40,000 nucleotides of DNA from an uncultured Candidatus Peribacteria bacterium (GTDB lineage: Bacteria > Patescibacteriota > Gracilibacteria > RBG-16-42-10), in the NCBI GenBank assembly GCA_964514565.1, contig CAZERA010000001.1, positions 552,080 through 592,079 on the forward strand, in the 5' to 3' direction. This document shows, piece after piece, positions 8,798 through 16,849 of the stretch. The translations under genes were made by a program, and so were the position numbers. Below the pieces are notes generated by a model. It did no database searches. It was not told the DNA's origin and saw nothing but the letters and a program-made list of their open reading frames with translations. How positions within the stretch are numbered: the first letter of the stretch is position 1; every line of letters begins with the position of its first letter.

Positions 8798-8810
8798 AGA
8801 TGAATCATCT
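8798..8810. promoter_or_regulatory. 13-bp perfect palindrome in a divergent promoter region (candidate operator)
   Basis: AGATGA-A-TCATCT, lying between the starts of 7873..8763 (-) and 8904..9497 (+). Confidence 0.25.
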
Positions 8811-8903
8811 GCTCTAGATACGATAGACGCTAGCCTTTAAAATCCTGCTGACTGTTGTTTCTTCAACCTGAGCTGGTATATTCGAGGCAACTAAAATATT
8901 GAA

Positions 8904-9497
8904 ATGGAAGTAAAGACTGAAATTGAGGCCAAGTTTATTGAGTTACCAAGTGATATACGTGAACGTTTACTCAAAGCTGGCGCGATCTGTGTCAAAGAAG
9001 AACGAATCATGCGTCGTCGCAATTTTGATACACCTGATCGCCAACTACTCAAGGTGAATGGTTGGATTCGCGTGCGGGATGAAGGTGGGAAAATTACCAT
9101 GAGTTATAAACAAATGCAGGATCGCACCCTCACCGGTACCAAAGAAGTGAATGTCACGGTCAATAGTTTTGATGAAACTTGTCATTTCTTGGAGACTGTT
9201 GGTTTCGCATCTTATACTTATCAAGAAACTAAAAGAGAAAGTTGGAAACTGGGTGAGACAGAAATTGAGATCGATACTTGGCCTTGGGTACCGTCTTTTT
9301 TAGAGATTGAAGCTGACAATGAAAATGAATTGTGGGCAGTAATTGAGAAATTGGGTTTAAACAAAGAAGAAGCTAAATTTGGTAGTGTCGAGATTGTTTA
9401 CCAACATTATTATAATGTGACAGAAGAGGAAGTAGATGGTTGGAAAGAAATGCTCTTTTCTGAAGTGCCTGAGTGGTTGGCTCTAAAAAAACGTTGA
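8904..9497 (+). CDS. CYTH-domain protein (CyaB/thiamine-triphosphatase-like)
   Basis: N-terminal EIEAKF matches the CYTH ExExK signature. Size is ~190 aa, and the later acidic strands ETEIEIDTW and FLEIEA are typical of the triphosphate-tunnel fold. Confidence 0.7.
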   Translation: MEVKTEIEAKFIELPSDIRERLLKAGAICVKEERIMRRRNFDTPDRQLLKVNGWIRVRDEGGKITMSYKQMQDRTLTGTKEVNVTVNSFDETCHFLETVGFASYTYQETKRESWKLGETEIEIDTWPWVPSFLEIEADNENELWAVIEKLGLNKEEAKFGSVEIVYQHYYNVTEEEVDGWKEMLFSEVPEWLALKKR

Positions 9498-9550
9498 TTT
9501 GATTTGGCAAAGAGAGGAGGTGTATAAAGGAAGCTCTTACTAAGTGTTCT

Positions 9551-9964
9551 ATGGATCTAGAAAAAGGCCTTTCCCTCCTTGTTGAATCAAATCTCCTACC
9601 ATCATCACCTGCACGTAAAGTAGATTTGGAACAGTCATTTGAGCGATCTTTGGCTATTTGTATGGAATGCCTGGTAGCAGCTAAGCGACAATTTGCCGAG
9701 AAGCTTTATGAGTTTAGGAATTATGAGAAGAGTTTTTTTGCTCAAAAAGCAGCAGCGTTGCAGCTGCAGTTTGAAGCAATGCCTGAATACAAAGTCATTA
9801 TGTTGTATGGTGATGAGCAGCAACGGAGTTGGGCAGAGACGCTTAGATTAAGCATAGCTAATGTTCCTCCCAGCAGGCTGGCTGGTGAAGTAGTTTTAGC
9901 ATTGCCGACAATCAAAGTATGGAGAGCGCGTCTCAGAGCCTGTTTTGAGTTGGCAGCAAGTTAA
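9551..9964 (+). CDS. Hypothetical protein (137 aa)
   Basis: ORF 53 nt downstream of the CYTH gene on the same strand. Predicted helical. No motif recognised. Confidence 0.45.
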   Translation: MDLEKGLSLLVESNLLPSSPARKVDLEQSFERSLAICMECLVAAKRQFAEKLYEFRNYEKSFFAQKAAALQLQFEAMPEYKVIMLYGDEQQRSWAETLRLSIANVPPSRLAGEVVLALPTIKVWRARLRACFELAAS

Positions 9965-10305
9965 TTATTGGAGAGCGCTTTACCAATATATTCCATCATT
10001 GCGGGAGTTGGGCCACCGCTAAATCCTTTGTGTTCTTGATAGGCATCTTTGAGCTTTGCAGTAATACTGGGGCTGCCACCAGTAAATTGATTGACCAGTG
10101 ATTGGCATTCTTGGGCTAGCTTTTGCACATGACTACTTTTGGGATCAAGTTTTTGATCCATTGCTTTTTGTACTGCAGCAATAAGTACTGGCCATGCTTG
10201 TTCCACGGCTTTGATTGGGGCCTGACCAAGTTTTTGTCCTTGGGTTTGGATCTTAGCTTTATCAACATCGTTAAAAGCAGGTTGTGGGTAATTCATAAGT
10301 GGCAT
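9961..10305 (-). CDS. TipAS-like effector-binding domain ORF (C-terminal half of a MerR/TipA-type regulator)
   Basis: WPVLIAAVQKAMDQKLDPKSSHVQKLAQECQSLVNQFTGGSPSI matches the W..L....dP.s...q.La.....l...FTGGdp pattern of TipAS-type C-terminal domains. Its ATG overlaps the stop of the upstream HTH ORF (TAATG). Confidence 0.55.
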   Translation of the reverse strand: MPLMNYPQPAFNDVDKAKIQTQGQKLGQAPIKAVEQAWPVLIAAVQKAMDQKLDPKSSHVQKLAQECQSLVNQFTGGSPSITAKLKDAYQEHKGFSGGPTPAMMEYIGKALSNN

Positions 10306-10577
10306 TAAGTTAATAAAATCTTGTGCTGATCTAGTTGTTTAACAGTTGATTCTAATAAATCACAGAGCTTACTCTGCTGTTGAAGAGATTGCTGTAATCT
10401 ATCTATTTGCCACTGAGCTACATGGGACAAAGAGGCTATCTTGTTCTGCATAATAGTTTTGATTTCTCCTAGCAATAAACCAATCTTGTGGTAATGGCGT
10501 AAAGCCCTGATCGATACCTGCGTGTGCTTAGCCAATGTACCAATAGACCAGAGTGGATCTTGCGTAATATCAGACAT
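10305..10577 (-). CDS. MerR-family HTH ORF, apparently internally deleted
   Basis: WSIGTLAKHTQVSIRALRHYHKIGLL is the MerR helix-turn-helix. The wing segment (P....GYR.Y...dl..L..I..lr..GfsL) expected before EIK is missing. A coiled coil follows. Start taken at ATG 10577; the track start at 10613 is GTG. Confidence 0.5.
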   Translation of the reverse strand: MSDITQDPLWSIGTLAKHTQVSIRALRHYHKIGLLLGEIKTIMQNKIASLSHVAQWQIDRLQQSLQQQSKLCDLLESTVKQLDQHKILLT

Positions 10578-10685
10578 AAATTTTTTGTTTGCAGTTGCAA
10601 TGTACACTCTCACCTTGGATGAGAGTCAAAAGCTTGACTACTCACCATCCCGTTTTGTTATTTTATAATCAACTTACTATCCACT

Positions 10686-11009
10686 ATGTCTCAACTCCAT
10701 TTACCCGCTAGCCCAACTTTGGCTGATTATCAAAAATATGTACGTGAATTAGTGATAGAAAGAGGATTTGAGACCAACTTGTCAGGTGCATTTCAGCTCT
10801 TGATGGAAGAATGTGGTGAGCTGGCAAAGGCAGCTCGCAAACAAAGCAAAATAAAAACTGATGTTAGCAAAGGAAGCGATCAGAATGCAGCATTTGAAGC
10901 AGCTGATGTCTTTATCTTTTTACTCGATATTTGTAACCAACTTGGAGTTAATCTCGAAGAGGCTTTTCGGGCTAAAGAAGAGATCAATAAAACGCGAGTT
11001 TGGAAATAG
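10686..11009 (+). CDS. MazG-like nucleotide pyrophosphohydrolase (single domain)
   Basis: LMEECGELAKAARK and EAADVFIFLLDICNQLGVNLEEAF give the ExxE...ExxD pattern of the all-alpha NTP-PPase/MazG fold, in a protein of ~107 aa. Confidence 0.7.
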   Translation: MSQLHLPASPTLADYQKYVRELVIERGFETNLSGAFQLLMEECGELAKAARKQSKIKTDVSKGSDQNAAFEAADVFIFLLDICNQLGVNLEEAFRAKEEINKTRVWK

Positions 11010-11025
11010 GAAGGAAGTTTAATTA

Positions 11026-11121
11026 ACAAGTGACAATTTACAATTAACAGTTTTGAAGAGAAGAATTCTTCGCTCCAATCAATTTAAAACTTACGATTTA
11101 GCATTTAGGATTTACAATTAA
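11026..11121. repeat. Element 'G': two direct arrays of four heptamers (CAATTTA-like) flanking a 12-bp palindrome
   Basis: Left array: CAAGTGA CAATTTA CAATTAA CAGTTTT (11027-11054). Centre: GAAGAATTCTTC (11060-11071). Right array: CGATTTA GCATTTA GGATTTA CAATTAA (11094-11121). Confidence 0.45.
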
Positions 11122-11187
11122 ATATCTCCATCAACTGTACATCGTGAACTGAGATTGGCATACTAGGAGTTGCTTAGCTGGTTGCTT

Positions 11188-11781
11188 ATGAACAATACTT
11201 TTGCCATCGGATTGGTGGTCGTTTTCTTTGTCGCTGTGGGGGCTCTTGTGGTCCAGATTTCTGACCACATGCCTGATCTCAGCGCTATCCTTCAGTCACA
11301 GACCAGTATTAGTCCTAGTTTGATGAAGGAGACTCCTGCCACTGTAAAAAGAGTAGTAGATGGAGATACTATTGAGCTCGCTAGTGGCGACAAGGTACGC
11401 TACATCGGCGTCGACACACCTGAAAAAAACTCACCGACAGTCAGTAAGCAATGTTTCGCTGAAGAAGCATCTGCCTACAATCAAAATATTGTGGAAGGCA
11501 AAAATGTGAAACTGACCCAAGATACATCCGCCAGAGATCGATACGGTCGCTTACTCGCGTATGTTTACTTAGAAGACGGTACCTTTCTCAATGCTGATTT
11601 AGTAAAAAAAGGCTATGCTTTTGCTTCCGAGTACCCACCCGATACTGCGAAACAAGGTGTGCTTGATCAGGCCCAAGAATCAGCTCGCTCCCAAGGTCTC
11701 GGTCTTTGGAAAAAGTGTGAAATCTTGATAGACAAAAATGGACGGTATCATACCAATGTTTTGGTTCCAGCTAATAGTTAA
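11188..11781 (+). CDS. Membrane-anchored thermonuclease (staphylococcal nuclease/SNase family)
   Basis: N-terminal TM helix, then VKRVVDGDTIEL, VRYIGVDTPE, RDRYGRLLAYVY and ADLVKKGYA, which are the hallmark SNase motifs. The track start is TTG 11170; I prefer ATG 11188. Confidence 0.8.
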   Translation: MNNTFAIGLVVVFFVAVGALVVQISDHMPDLSAILQSQTSISPSLMKETPATVKRVVDGDTIELASGDKVRYIGVDTPEKNSPTVSKQCFAEEASAYNQNIVEGKNVKLTQDTSARDRYGRLLAYVYLEDGTFLNADLVKKGYAFASEYPPDTAKQGVLDQAQESARSQGLGLWKKCEILIDKNGRYHTNVLVPANS

Positions 11782-11852
11782 GAAGGCTTTCTGTAGCCTT
11801 GTTGACAATACTCAGTATGTTGTTATATTGATATGTAATTAATTGAGAGCAC

Positions 11853-13334
11853 ATGCAATTAGGAATGCAAATGAGACAGCAAATAGAGTTGAGTCAGAGA
11901 ACTGAATTGAATGATCCTGATAAAGGGCGACTTGAAGCTGCTTTTGAGTTATGGGAAGCTGGAACGAAGATCGACTTTTCAGTGCCAGTGGAGACTTTGA
12001 AAACAATTTTTGGTGGAGGCGATTCAGCTAAAACTGGGCAACCAAAAGATCCGAATGAATCACTCATTGATTCAGAATGGCGTGAGCAGTTTGTGATGAT
12101 TAGTCCGGCTGATATGGCTAGAATAAGTGATGGCGAGAAATTCGCAGTTTTGTTAGGCCACTGTATCTTTGTATCAACTGAAACTCCTGCTGATTATATA
12201 CCACTAGGAGTTTTGAATCTGGCAGCTGCACGTCGGGCTCGAGACCATAGTGCTTTTGCTCAGCTTTTAAAAGAGCGGGGACTAAGTGCAGATTATGCTA
12301 GGCATTACACTGCTACACTAACTGATGTTTTAGCTGCGCAATATTTATTTAGAGACAAACCAGCTCAGTTAGCTGAATTTTTGCATTGGAGAAAGTCAGT
12401 AGAAAGAACTGATTTTTTTAATGATGAGACTGTTGGGAAGATTCTTTCTGAAAGATTGCAAACACGAGCAAGAGCTCGTCAGCTTCACCCTACTGAACGT
12501 GGGAAGTATGCAAAGCGATCATTTACTTTGGCAGTGGCTGTTGATGTGACGATGACGCGAGGAGAGATTGATCAGGTCGTCAAAGACTTTGGAATTACTA
12601 AAGCAGATATTATTATGGGTAGGCTAAAAGATGAACCTACCTTTGATGTGTCATTAATGGTGGAGGCTATTGATGCTATTGTAAGAAAGATACGAGAAAT
12701 GTTAGTTACTCAAAGAAATATGGCAAAGAACAAGAAGATTATCACACTCACTAGTAGTCAGAGTGTTCAAGCATACCTTTTGACCAGTGATATTTGTGGA
12801 GCTTCCAATATTCTGGAAGCAACCTCTAGTTCAAATGCTTTCTTAGCAAAATCAAATGCTATTTCTTCACTCACAGCTTTGAAAGACAGACTACTATATT
12901 TAAGCAGGCAAGCTCTAGCAAGGATAGTCCCAGAGAGCAACGATATGGCGTTATTGCGAGCATTAGTAATTGGCACAAAACAACTTGAGCCATTACCAGA
13001 GTTAGAGAAAACAGTTCCAGCTGATGAATCTACAGGCAATACCACATTGGCAAAGATTGGGACCAAGCGTGACGAGCTCAATCGCCGCATGAGTGAAGCC
13101 GAAGCGCTATTGGGTCAATACGCTCAGGTAGAAAAAGCTTTTGCTGATTTAGGTGCCAAGGAAGCAGTACCTGGTGTGCTAGCTCAGGATCGCCAAAGAA
13201 TTCAAGCTCATTTGGAAGCAATAAAAGCACAATTTGCTGATTTGGAACGTTACGAAGGAGCATTGGGCAGCTTAGCGGAAGTAAGAACAAGGTTTAGTAG
13301 CCTATTTGCTCAACTTGATCGTCCGGCTGATTAA
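11853..13334 (+). CDS. Hypothetical protein (493 aa), coiled-coil C-terminus
   Basis: Long uninterrupted ORF. No motif recognised. The C-terminal ~90 aa are heptad-like (EAEALLGQYAQVEKAFADL...). Confidence 0.55.
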   Translation: MQLGMQMRQQIELSQRTELNDPDKGRLEAAFELWEAGTKIDFSVPVETLKTIFGGGDSAKTGQPKDPNESLIDSEWREQFVMISPADMARISDGEKFAVLLGHCIFVSTETPADYIPLGVLNLAAARRARDHSAFAQLLKERGLSADYARHYTATLTDVLAAQYLFRDKPAQLAEFLHWRKSVERTDFFNDETVGKILSERLQTRARARQLHPTERGKYAKRSFTLAVAVDVTMTRGEIDQVVKDFGITKADIIMGRLKDEPTFDVSLMVEAIDAIVRKIREMLVTQRNMAKNKKIITLTSSQSVQAYLLTSDICGASNILEATSSSNAFLAKSNAISSLTALKDRLLYLSRQALARIVPESNDMALLRALVIGTKQLEPLPELEKTVPADESTGNTTLAKIGTKRDELNRRMSEAEALLGQYAQVEKAFADLGAKEAVPGVLAQDRQRIQAHLEAIKAQFADLERYEGALGSLAEVRTRFSSLFAQLDRPAD

Positions 13335-13380
13335 TGGTGAGTCCACTGTTGATTGGGTACCACTGATAGCCTTACGTTAC

Positions 13381-13470
13381 CCTTCAGCCGAGCATCCTGA
13401 CCCCGCACAGCGGGCGGAAGGATCCTGCCCCATCTCTCGTTCCTTCTCCCTTCTTCCTCCTCCCTCACGC
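13381..13470. repeat. Left inverted repeat of the GIY-YIG cassette
   Basis: Contains the hairpin ATCCT-GA-CCCGC-ACA-GCGGG-CGGA-AGGAT (13394-13423) followed by a polypyrimidine tract (13427-13467). Its reverse complement aligns with 13946-14028. Confidence 0.7.
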
Positions 13471-13524
13471 AAGCCAATAGCCCAAAGAAACAAGCATGTT
13501 GTACCATGTATGTGGGCCTACTCT

Positions 13525-13854
13525 TCAAAGCCCCATACTTTCTTTGTATTCCACGAAGTCAGTTTGCTCAACATATCCTAGGTCATACCACTTAGGATTC
13601 TCTTCTTCAATCAGTGCTACTTTTCTGGATCGTCGCCATCCTTTCAATTGCCGTTCGCGAGTGAATGCTTCTTTGCGGGTCTCATAAATCTCAAAGTAGA
13701 CTAGTTTAGTCACATGGTACCTATGACTGAAGCCTTTATTGCGATGTGCTTTGTGTTCTAAAGTCCGTCTACTCAAGCTATTAGTATGGCCGATATAAAT
13801 TACTTTGGATTGGCTAGCCATCATATAGACATAGAACTCTTGGTTGTTTTTCAT
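13525..13854 (-). CDS. GIY-YIG nuclease family protein (COG2827 / YhbQ-like, stand-alone)
   Basis: FYVYMMASQSKVIYIGHTNSLSRRTLEHK...RYHVTKLVYFEIYETRKEAFTRERQLKGWRRSRKVALIEEENPKW carries the GIY...YIG, R, E and KGW.R.KK motifs of this family. The C-terminal ~20 aa probably read through into flanking sequence. Confidence 0.85.
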   Translation of the reverse strand: MKNNQEFYVYMMASQSKVIYIGHTNSLSRRTLEHKAHRNKGFSHRYHVTKLVYFEIYETRKEAFTRERQLKGWRRSRKVALIEEENPKWYDLGYVEQTDFVEYKESMGL

Positions 13855-13945
13855 TGGTATAATTACTTGCTTTATATGCTAGCGGGGTAATTATGAAATA
13901 GTGAGTGAACTGAAAGGGGGACAAAAAAGAGGGGCGAGGGATGGG

Positions 13946-14028
13946 GCGTGGGAAAGGAATAAGGAGGGAAGGAGAGGGGCATGATCCTTCTCCCGCTTGT
14001 GCGGGATCAGGATGGCTCAGGGGAAGGA
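13946..14028. repeat. Right inverted repeat of the GIY-YIG cassette
   Basis: A polypurine tract (13946-13979) is followed by the hairpin ATCCT-TCT-CCCGC-TTGT-GCGGG-ATC-AGGAT (13984-14013). A further purine-rich module lies just outside, at 14029-14050. Confidence 0.7.
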
Positions 14029-14099
14029 GGGAGAAGGAATGAGGTGTTGCGTTTGGGGAGGCATACGCTAGGATAGGAATCGATTGTAATCGTATCACT

Positions 14100-14606
14100 A
14101 TGGATTTGGAGATTGAACGGAAATGGTTTGTGGCTGCTTTACCAGATTTGAGTCTGCTCAAACCTTGGCATGATGAAAGATACTATTTGTATAGTGATGA
14201 AGAGCGTTCGATTCGTTTTCAAAAACGGGAGACGTTCTTTGAGATTGAACGGATGGAAAGTATTTCTAGTCTTTCACGCAAACAAGAAAAGGTGTTGATT
14301 ACCGAGATGGAATTTGAAGCTTTGAAAAAGATTGCCAAAGGCCCGCTAGATCGGGATAGCTATTTGTTACAAAATGAACCACAGCTCACACTCAAGCTCT
14401 ACCATGGACCCTTTCATGGTTTGATTCGGGCAGAGGTAGAATTTACTAGTGAAGCACAAGCTAAAGCTTTTATCCCATTGCCTTGGTTTTCCCATGAAAT
14501 AGATGGTCAGTGTCCGCTCGGACGCGACTCAGTATTGGTAAATCTATCTCACGAACAATTCACTGCATTGCTACTTAAATATCAGGTACCCCAGCTAGGT
14601 TATTAG
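14100..14606 (+). CDS. CYTH-domain protein (second copy, 168 aa)
   Basis: N-terminal LEIERKW matches the ExExK signature. The later FEIERME and RAEVEF acidic strands fit the fold. Confidence 0.6.
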   Translation: MDLEIERKWFVAALPDLSLLKPWHDERYYLYSDEERSIRFQKRETFFEIERMESISSLSRKQEKVLITEMEFEALKKIAKGPLDRDSYLLQNEPQLTLKLYHGPFHGLIRAEVEFTSEAQAKAFIPLPWFSHEIDGQCPLGRDSVLVNLSHEQFTALLLKYQVPQLGY

Positions 14607-14920
14607 CTATTCTTGATAGCTTCATCAATCCACTCCTGGACGCCAGCAGATACTTTCAAAACGGGGTAAGCCTGCAATACGAAAGTTTTGTAACTGTGCA
14701 GTGCTTTTACTGCTTGCTCAATCTCTTCAAATTTCTCCAAGTCGCTTTCCATTGTTACTAATACTTCTTGAGCCTGTTCAACCTTTTCCTGCCAATAAAA
14801 AGTAGAATTTACTGTACTCGTTTTAGCACAGGCAATTAGGCGTTTGGCTAGCAATGACTGAATAATAGTCTCGGCTTCGCTGCTGTCTTTGCATGTTAGT
14901 TTGAGAGAAATTAAGGGCAT
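14603..14920 (-). CDS. cutA: CutA1 divalent-cation tolerance protein
   Basis: 105 aa. The pattern ...LIACAKTS.VNSTFYWQEKVEQAQEVLVTMES...HSY..F.. matches the CutA1 ferredoxin-like consensus (..AC.n......S.Y.W.g.i......l..K). Confidence 0.8.
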   Translation of the reverse strand: MPLISLKLTCKDSSEAETIIQSLLAKRLIACAKTSTVNSTFYWQEKVEQAQEVLVTMESDLEKFEEIEQAVKALHSYKTFVLQAYPVLKVSAGVQEWIDEAIKNS

Positions 14921-14924
14921 AGAT

Positions 14925-15521
14925 TTAAATCAGTTGTTCGTTTTCTCCCTGATGAATGAGTGCTTGGCTATCACTCAGTGTGCGTACTTTGGGGAAATTT
15001 TGTTCAAGCATGCTCAATTGCTCTGTATCTTTTTCAGTGTAGTGAACCAATAAAATATAAGGCACAATTCGTAACCCGGTGAGATCAGTCAGATTTACAT
15101 TATTATCATCGTGACCAACAGCTGAAGCAATTGATTGTCCAACAATCAAACTACCAGCACTGACGCCCACATAAATACCACTACTATGTTCGCAAAAGTC
15201 TCGCAGGATTTGATCAGCTCTTGAATCTTTCAAGGCTTTGAGTAGCCTAAAGGTGTTTCCTCCGCCCACATAAATAATTTCTGCCGTTTTGAGACTCTCA
15301 ATCGTATCAGTGAGTAAGTCAAAGCAGCTAACATTGGTGAATCCTAAAGCTGTAAGCTCTTGAGCGGCTTTTTGAATATAAGGATTAGCTGAACCTTGTT
15401 TGGACGCTGTGGTGATAATGATTACTTTGGCAGATCGTTCGAATGATTTGCTTTCCTGTACAAACGCTTCGTGAACAGCCGGACTAGAGAACCCCGTACT
15501 GGTAAGAAAAATAGTAGCCAT
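14925..15521 (-). CDS. Peptidase S51 (peptidase E / type-1 glutamine-amidotransferase-like)
   Basis: IIYVGGGNTFRLLKALKDS and IYVGVSAGSLI, with the nucleophile Ser in the SAGS context, match S51 dipeptidase E motifs. Confidence 0.75.
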   Translation of the reverse strand: MATIFLTSTGFSSPAVHEAFVQESKSFERSAKVIIITTASKQGSANPYIQKAAQELTALGFTNVSCFDLLTDTIESLKTAEIIYVGGGNTFRLLKALKDSRADQILRDFCEHSSGIYVGVSAGSLIVGQSIASAVGHDDNNVNLTDLTGLRIVPYILLVHYTEKDTEQLSMLEQNFPKVRTLSDSQALIHQGENEQLI

Positions 15522-15598
15522 AAAATAAAGTGTTAGCGATCAGACAATCGATAACTTCACTATTAGCTCAGATCATGTGGTGCGTCAAATCTTTACTT

Positions 15599-16780
15599 TC
15601 AACCTTGGTGGGCGATTCGTCGTACTGCGCGATCAATATTATTCATGGCAGCCACTGGATGATAGTGGCCCACGTTGTCCTCAGGAAAAGCGATTGGTAA
15701 TAGTCCGTGGGTTTGCGCTTGTAAAAGTGTTTGGCTTACTTGATGGCGGCTGGTGTCCATTCTTACCAACTGAGGTGATTTGTTCAAAACACTGCCTACT
15801 ATTTTTCTGACGGATGATCCGACACCTAGGATCTGATCTATTTTTGCCCAGTCCAACTCGTTAAAAAGCATTACCAAGGTCAACAAAGCCTCGCCATTGT
15901 CCGTTTTGGTATCCGCAGCAATTACTTTGCTGCTTTTAATTTTCTCAGTCATTTCTTGAGGGCCAAAAGTAGCCAAAGCTCCCCATAAATAAGGCTCAAG
16001 TCTATCAATTACTGCTTTTTGTACTAAATATGAAATTGCTTCTTGGTCAAAATCGGTGCGGTAAAAAAGTTTTCCTAGCAGTAACAGATCATTTTCTATT
16101 TGTTCTCTGGTAGCAGTATCCAAGAAAGTATCCAACACAAGCTGTAGTGGATCCGTGATTTTAGCTCCAGCCCTCTGCATCTTTTGATAGATCTCTTCTC
16201 TGAGATTAGTTGGTACTATACTTTCTAAATAACGCCTCCAAAGCATAAAGGCAATGGTAACACCAGGCACTCCTTGCTCAAGCAAAATATTGCCGTGCCA
16301 AAATCGATGAAAGGGAGAGAATGCCGGAGTATCCAAGCGGTCCTTGTCTGGTGCATGCAGCACATCAGCAAATAAGAGTCTACCGCTATAGTGCAGGCAA
16401 TCACTGAGCTCACGGGGCAGGTTGGTAGCTAGTAGGCGTATCCCTTGCTTGTGGGTCTCTGAACTTTTGCCAGCAAAGATCAGACTAGCTGCTTGTTCTA
16501 CAAAAGCAGTTTTCCCTTTGGGGACGCGGGGTATCTTGAGGTATTCAGAGTCGTGCCACTCGTTTTCGATAGTGCTACTAATCGCAAAAGGTGTATCAGT
16601 AGCAAGTACTCGCGCCTTTATGTGGGCAGCAGGAAAAGGCCTCCATTGTTTCTTGATGCCACGAGCAAGAGGTCTAATTCGTTCACGCATCAGTCTTTGA
16701 ATAGGCTCGAAATCGGTGATGATCGTATCCACCAAATCAGTTATTTCAACAACATCATCGATGTCAGCTAGACGAATCAT
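15599..16780 (-). CDS. Hypothetical protein (393 aa from ATG 16780)
   Basis: Long ORF. The track's GTG start at 16936 would translate palindromic element B, so I trimmed it to MIRLADIDD.... No motif recognised. Confidence 0.55.
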   Translation of the reverse strand: MIRLADIDDVVEITDLVDTIITDFEPIQRLMRERIRPLARGIKKQWRPFPAAHIKARVLATDTPFAISSTIENEWHDSEYLKIPRVPKGKTAFVEQAASLIFAGKSSETHKQGIRLLATNLPRELSDCLHYSGRLLFADVLHAPDKDRLDTPAFSPFHRFWHGNILLEQGVPGVTIAFMLWRRYLESIVPTNLREEIYQKMQRAGAKITDPLQLVLDTFLDTATREQIENDLLLLGKLFYRTDFDQEAISYLVQKAVIDRLEPYLWGALATFGPQEMTEKIKSSKVIAADTKTDNGEALLTLVMLFNELDWAKIDQILGVGSSVRKIVGSVLNKSPQLVRMDTSRHQVSQTLLQAQTHGLLPIAFPEDNVGHYHPVAAMNNIDRAVRRIAHQG

Positions 16781-16849
16781 GTGCGGAAGAAATTGTTGAT
16801 AAGTTGGGATAGTAGTTTTTTTAGTGAGAGAATACAAGTTTGAGCTTGT

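Larger units (their letters stand above)
13381..14028 (-). mobile_element. Candidate IR-bounded cassette carrying a GIY-YIG nuclease gene
   Basis: An ~85-90-bp imperfect inverted repeat (13381-13470 against 13946-14028) encloses a single gene, the GIY-YIG ORF. The unit sits antisense in a 765-bp gap between two + strand genes. Mobility is inferred, not shown. Confidence 0.45.

Noticed and set aside
10634-10669. TTGACT ... TATAAT as the promoter or MerR operator between the MerR remnant and the MazG-like gene
   Set aside because: The spacing between the hexamers is 24 nt. That is too long even for MerR-type 19-20-bp spacers, and no dyad symmetry is visible between them.
13306-13581. 91-aa + strand ORF (…HPDPAQRAEGSCP…) in the ORF track
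   Set aside because: It is a read-through of the left inverted repeat of the GIY-YIG cassette. Its mirror ORF 13814..14161 yields the same peptide words (HPDPAQAGEGSCP) from the right repeat on the other strand. That is what an inverted DNA repeat produces, not two genes. It also overlaps the 3' end of the real GIY-YIG gene.
13814-14161. 115-aa minus-strand ORF overlapping the GIY-YIG start and the CYTH gene start
   Set aside because: It is the translation of the polypurine tract and hairpin of the right inverted repeat. The composition is low-complexity P/S/L, and it overlaps two well-supported genes.
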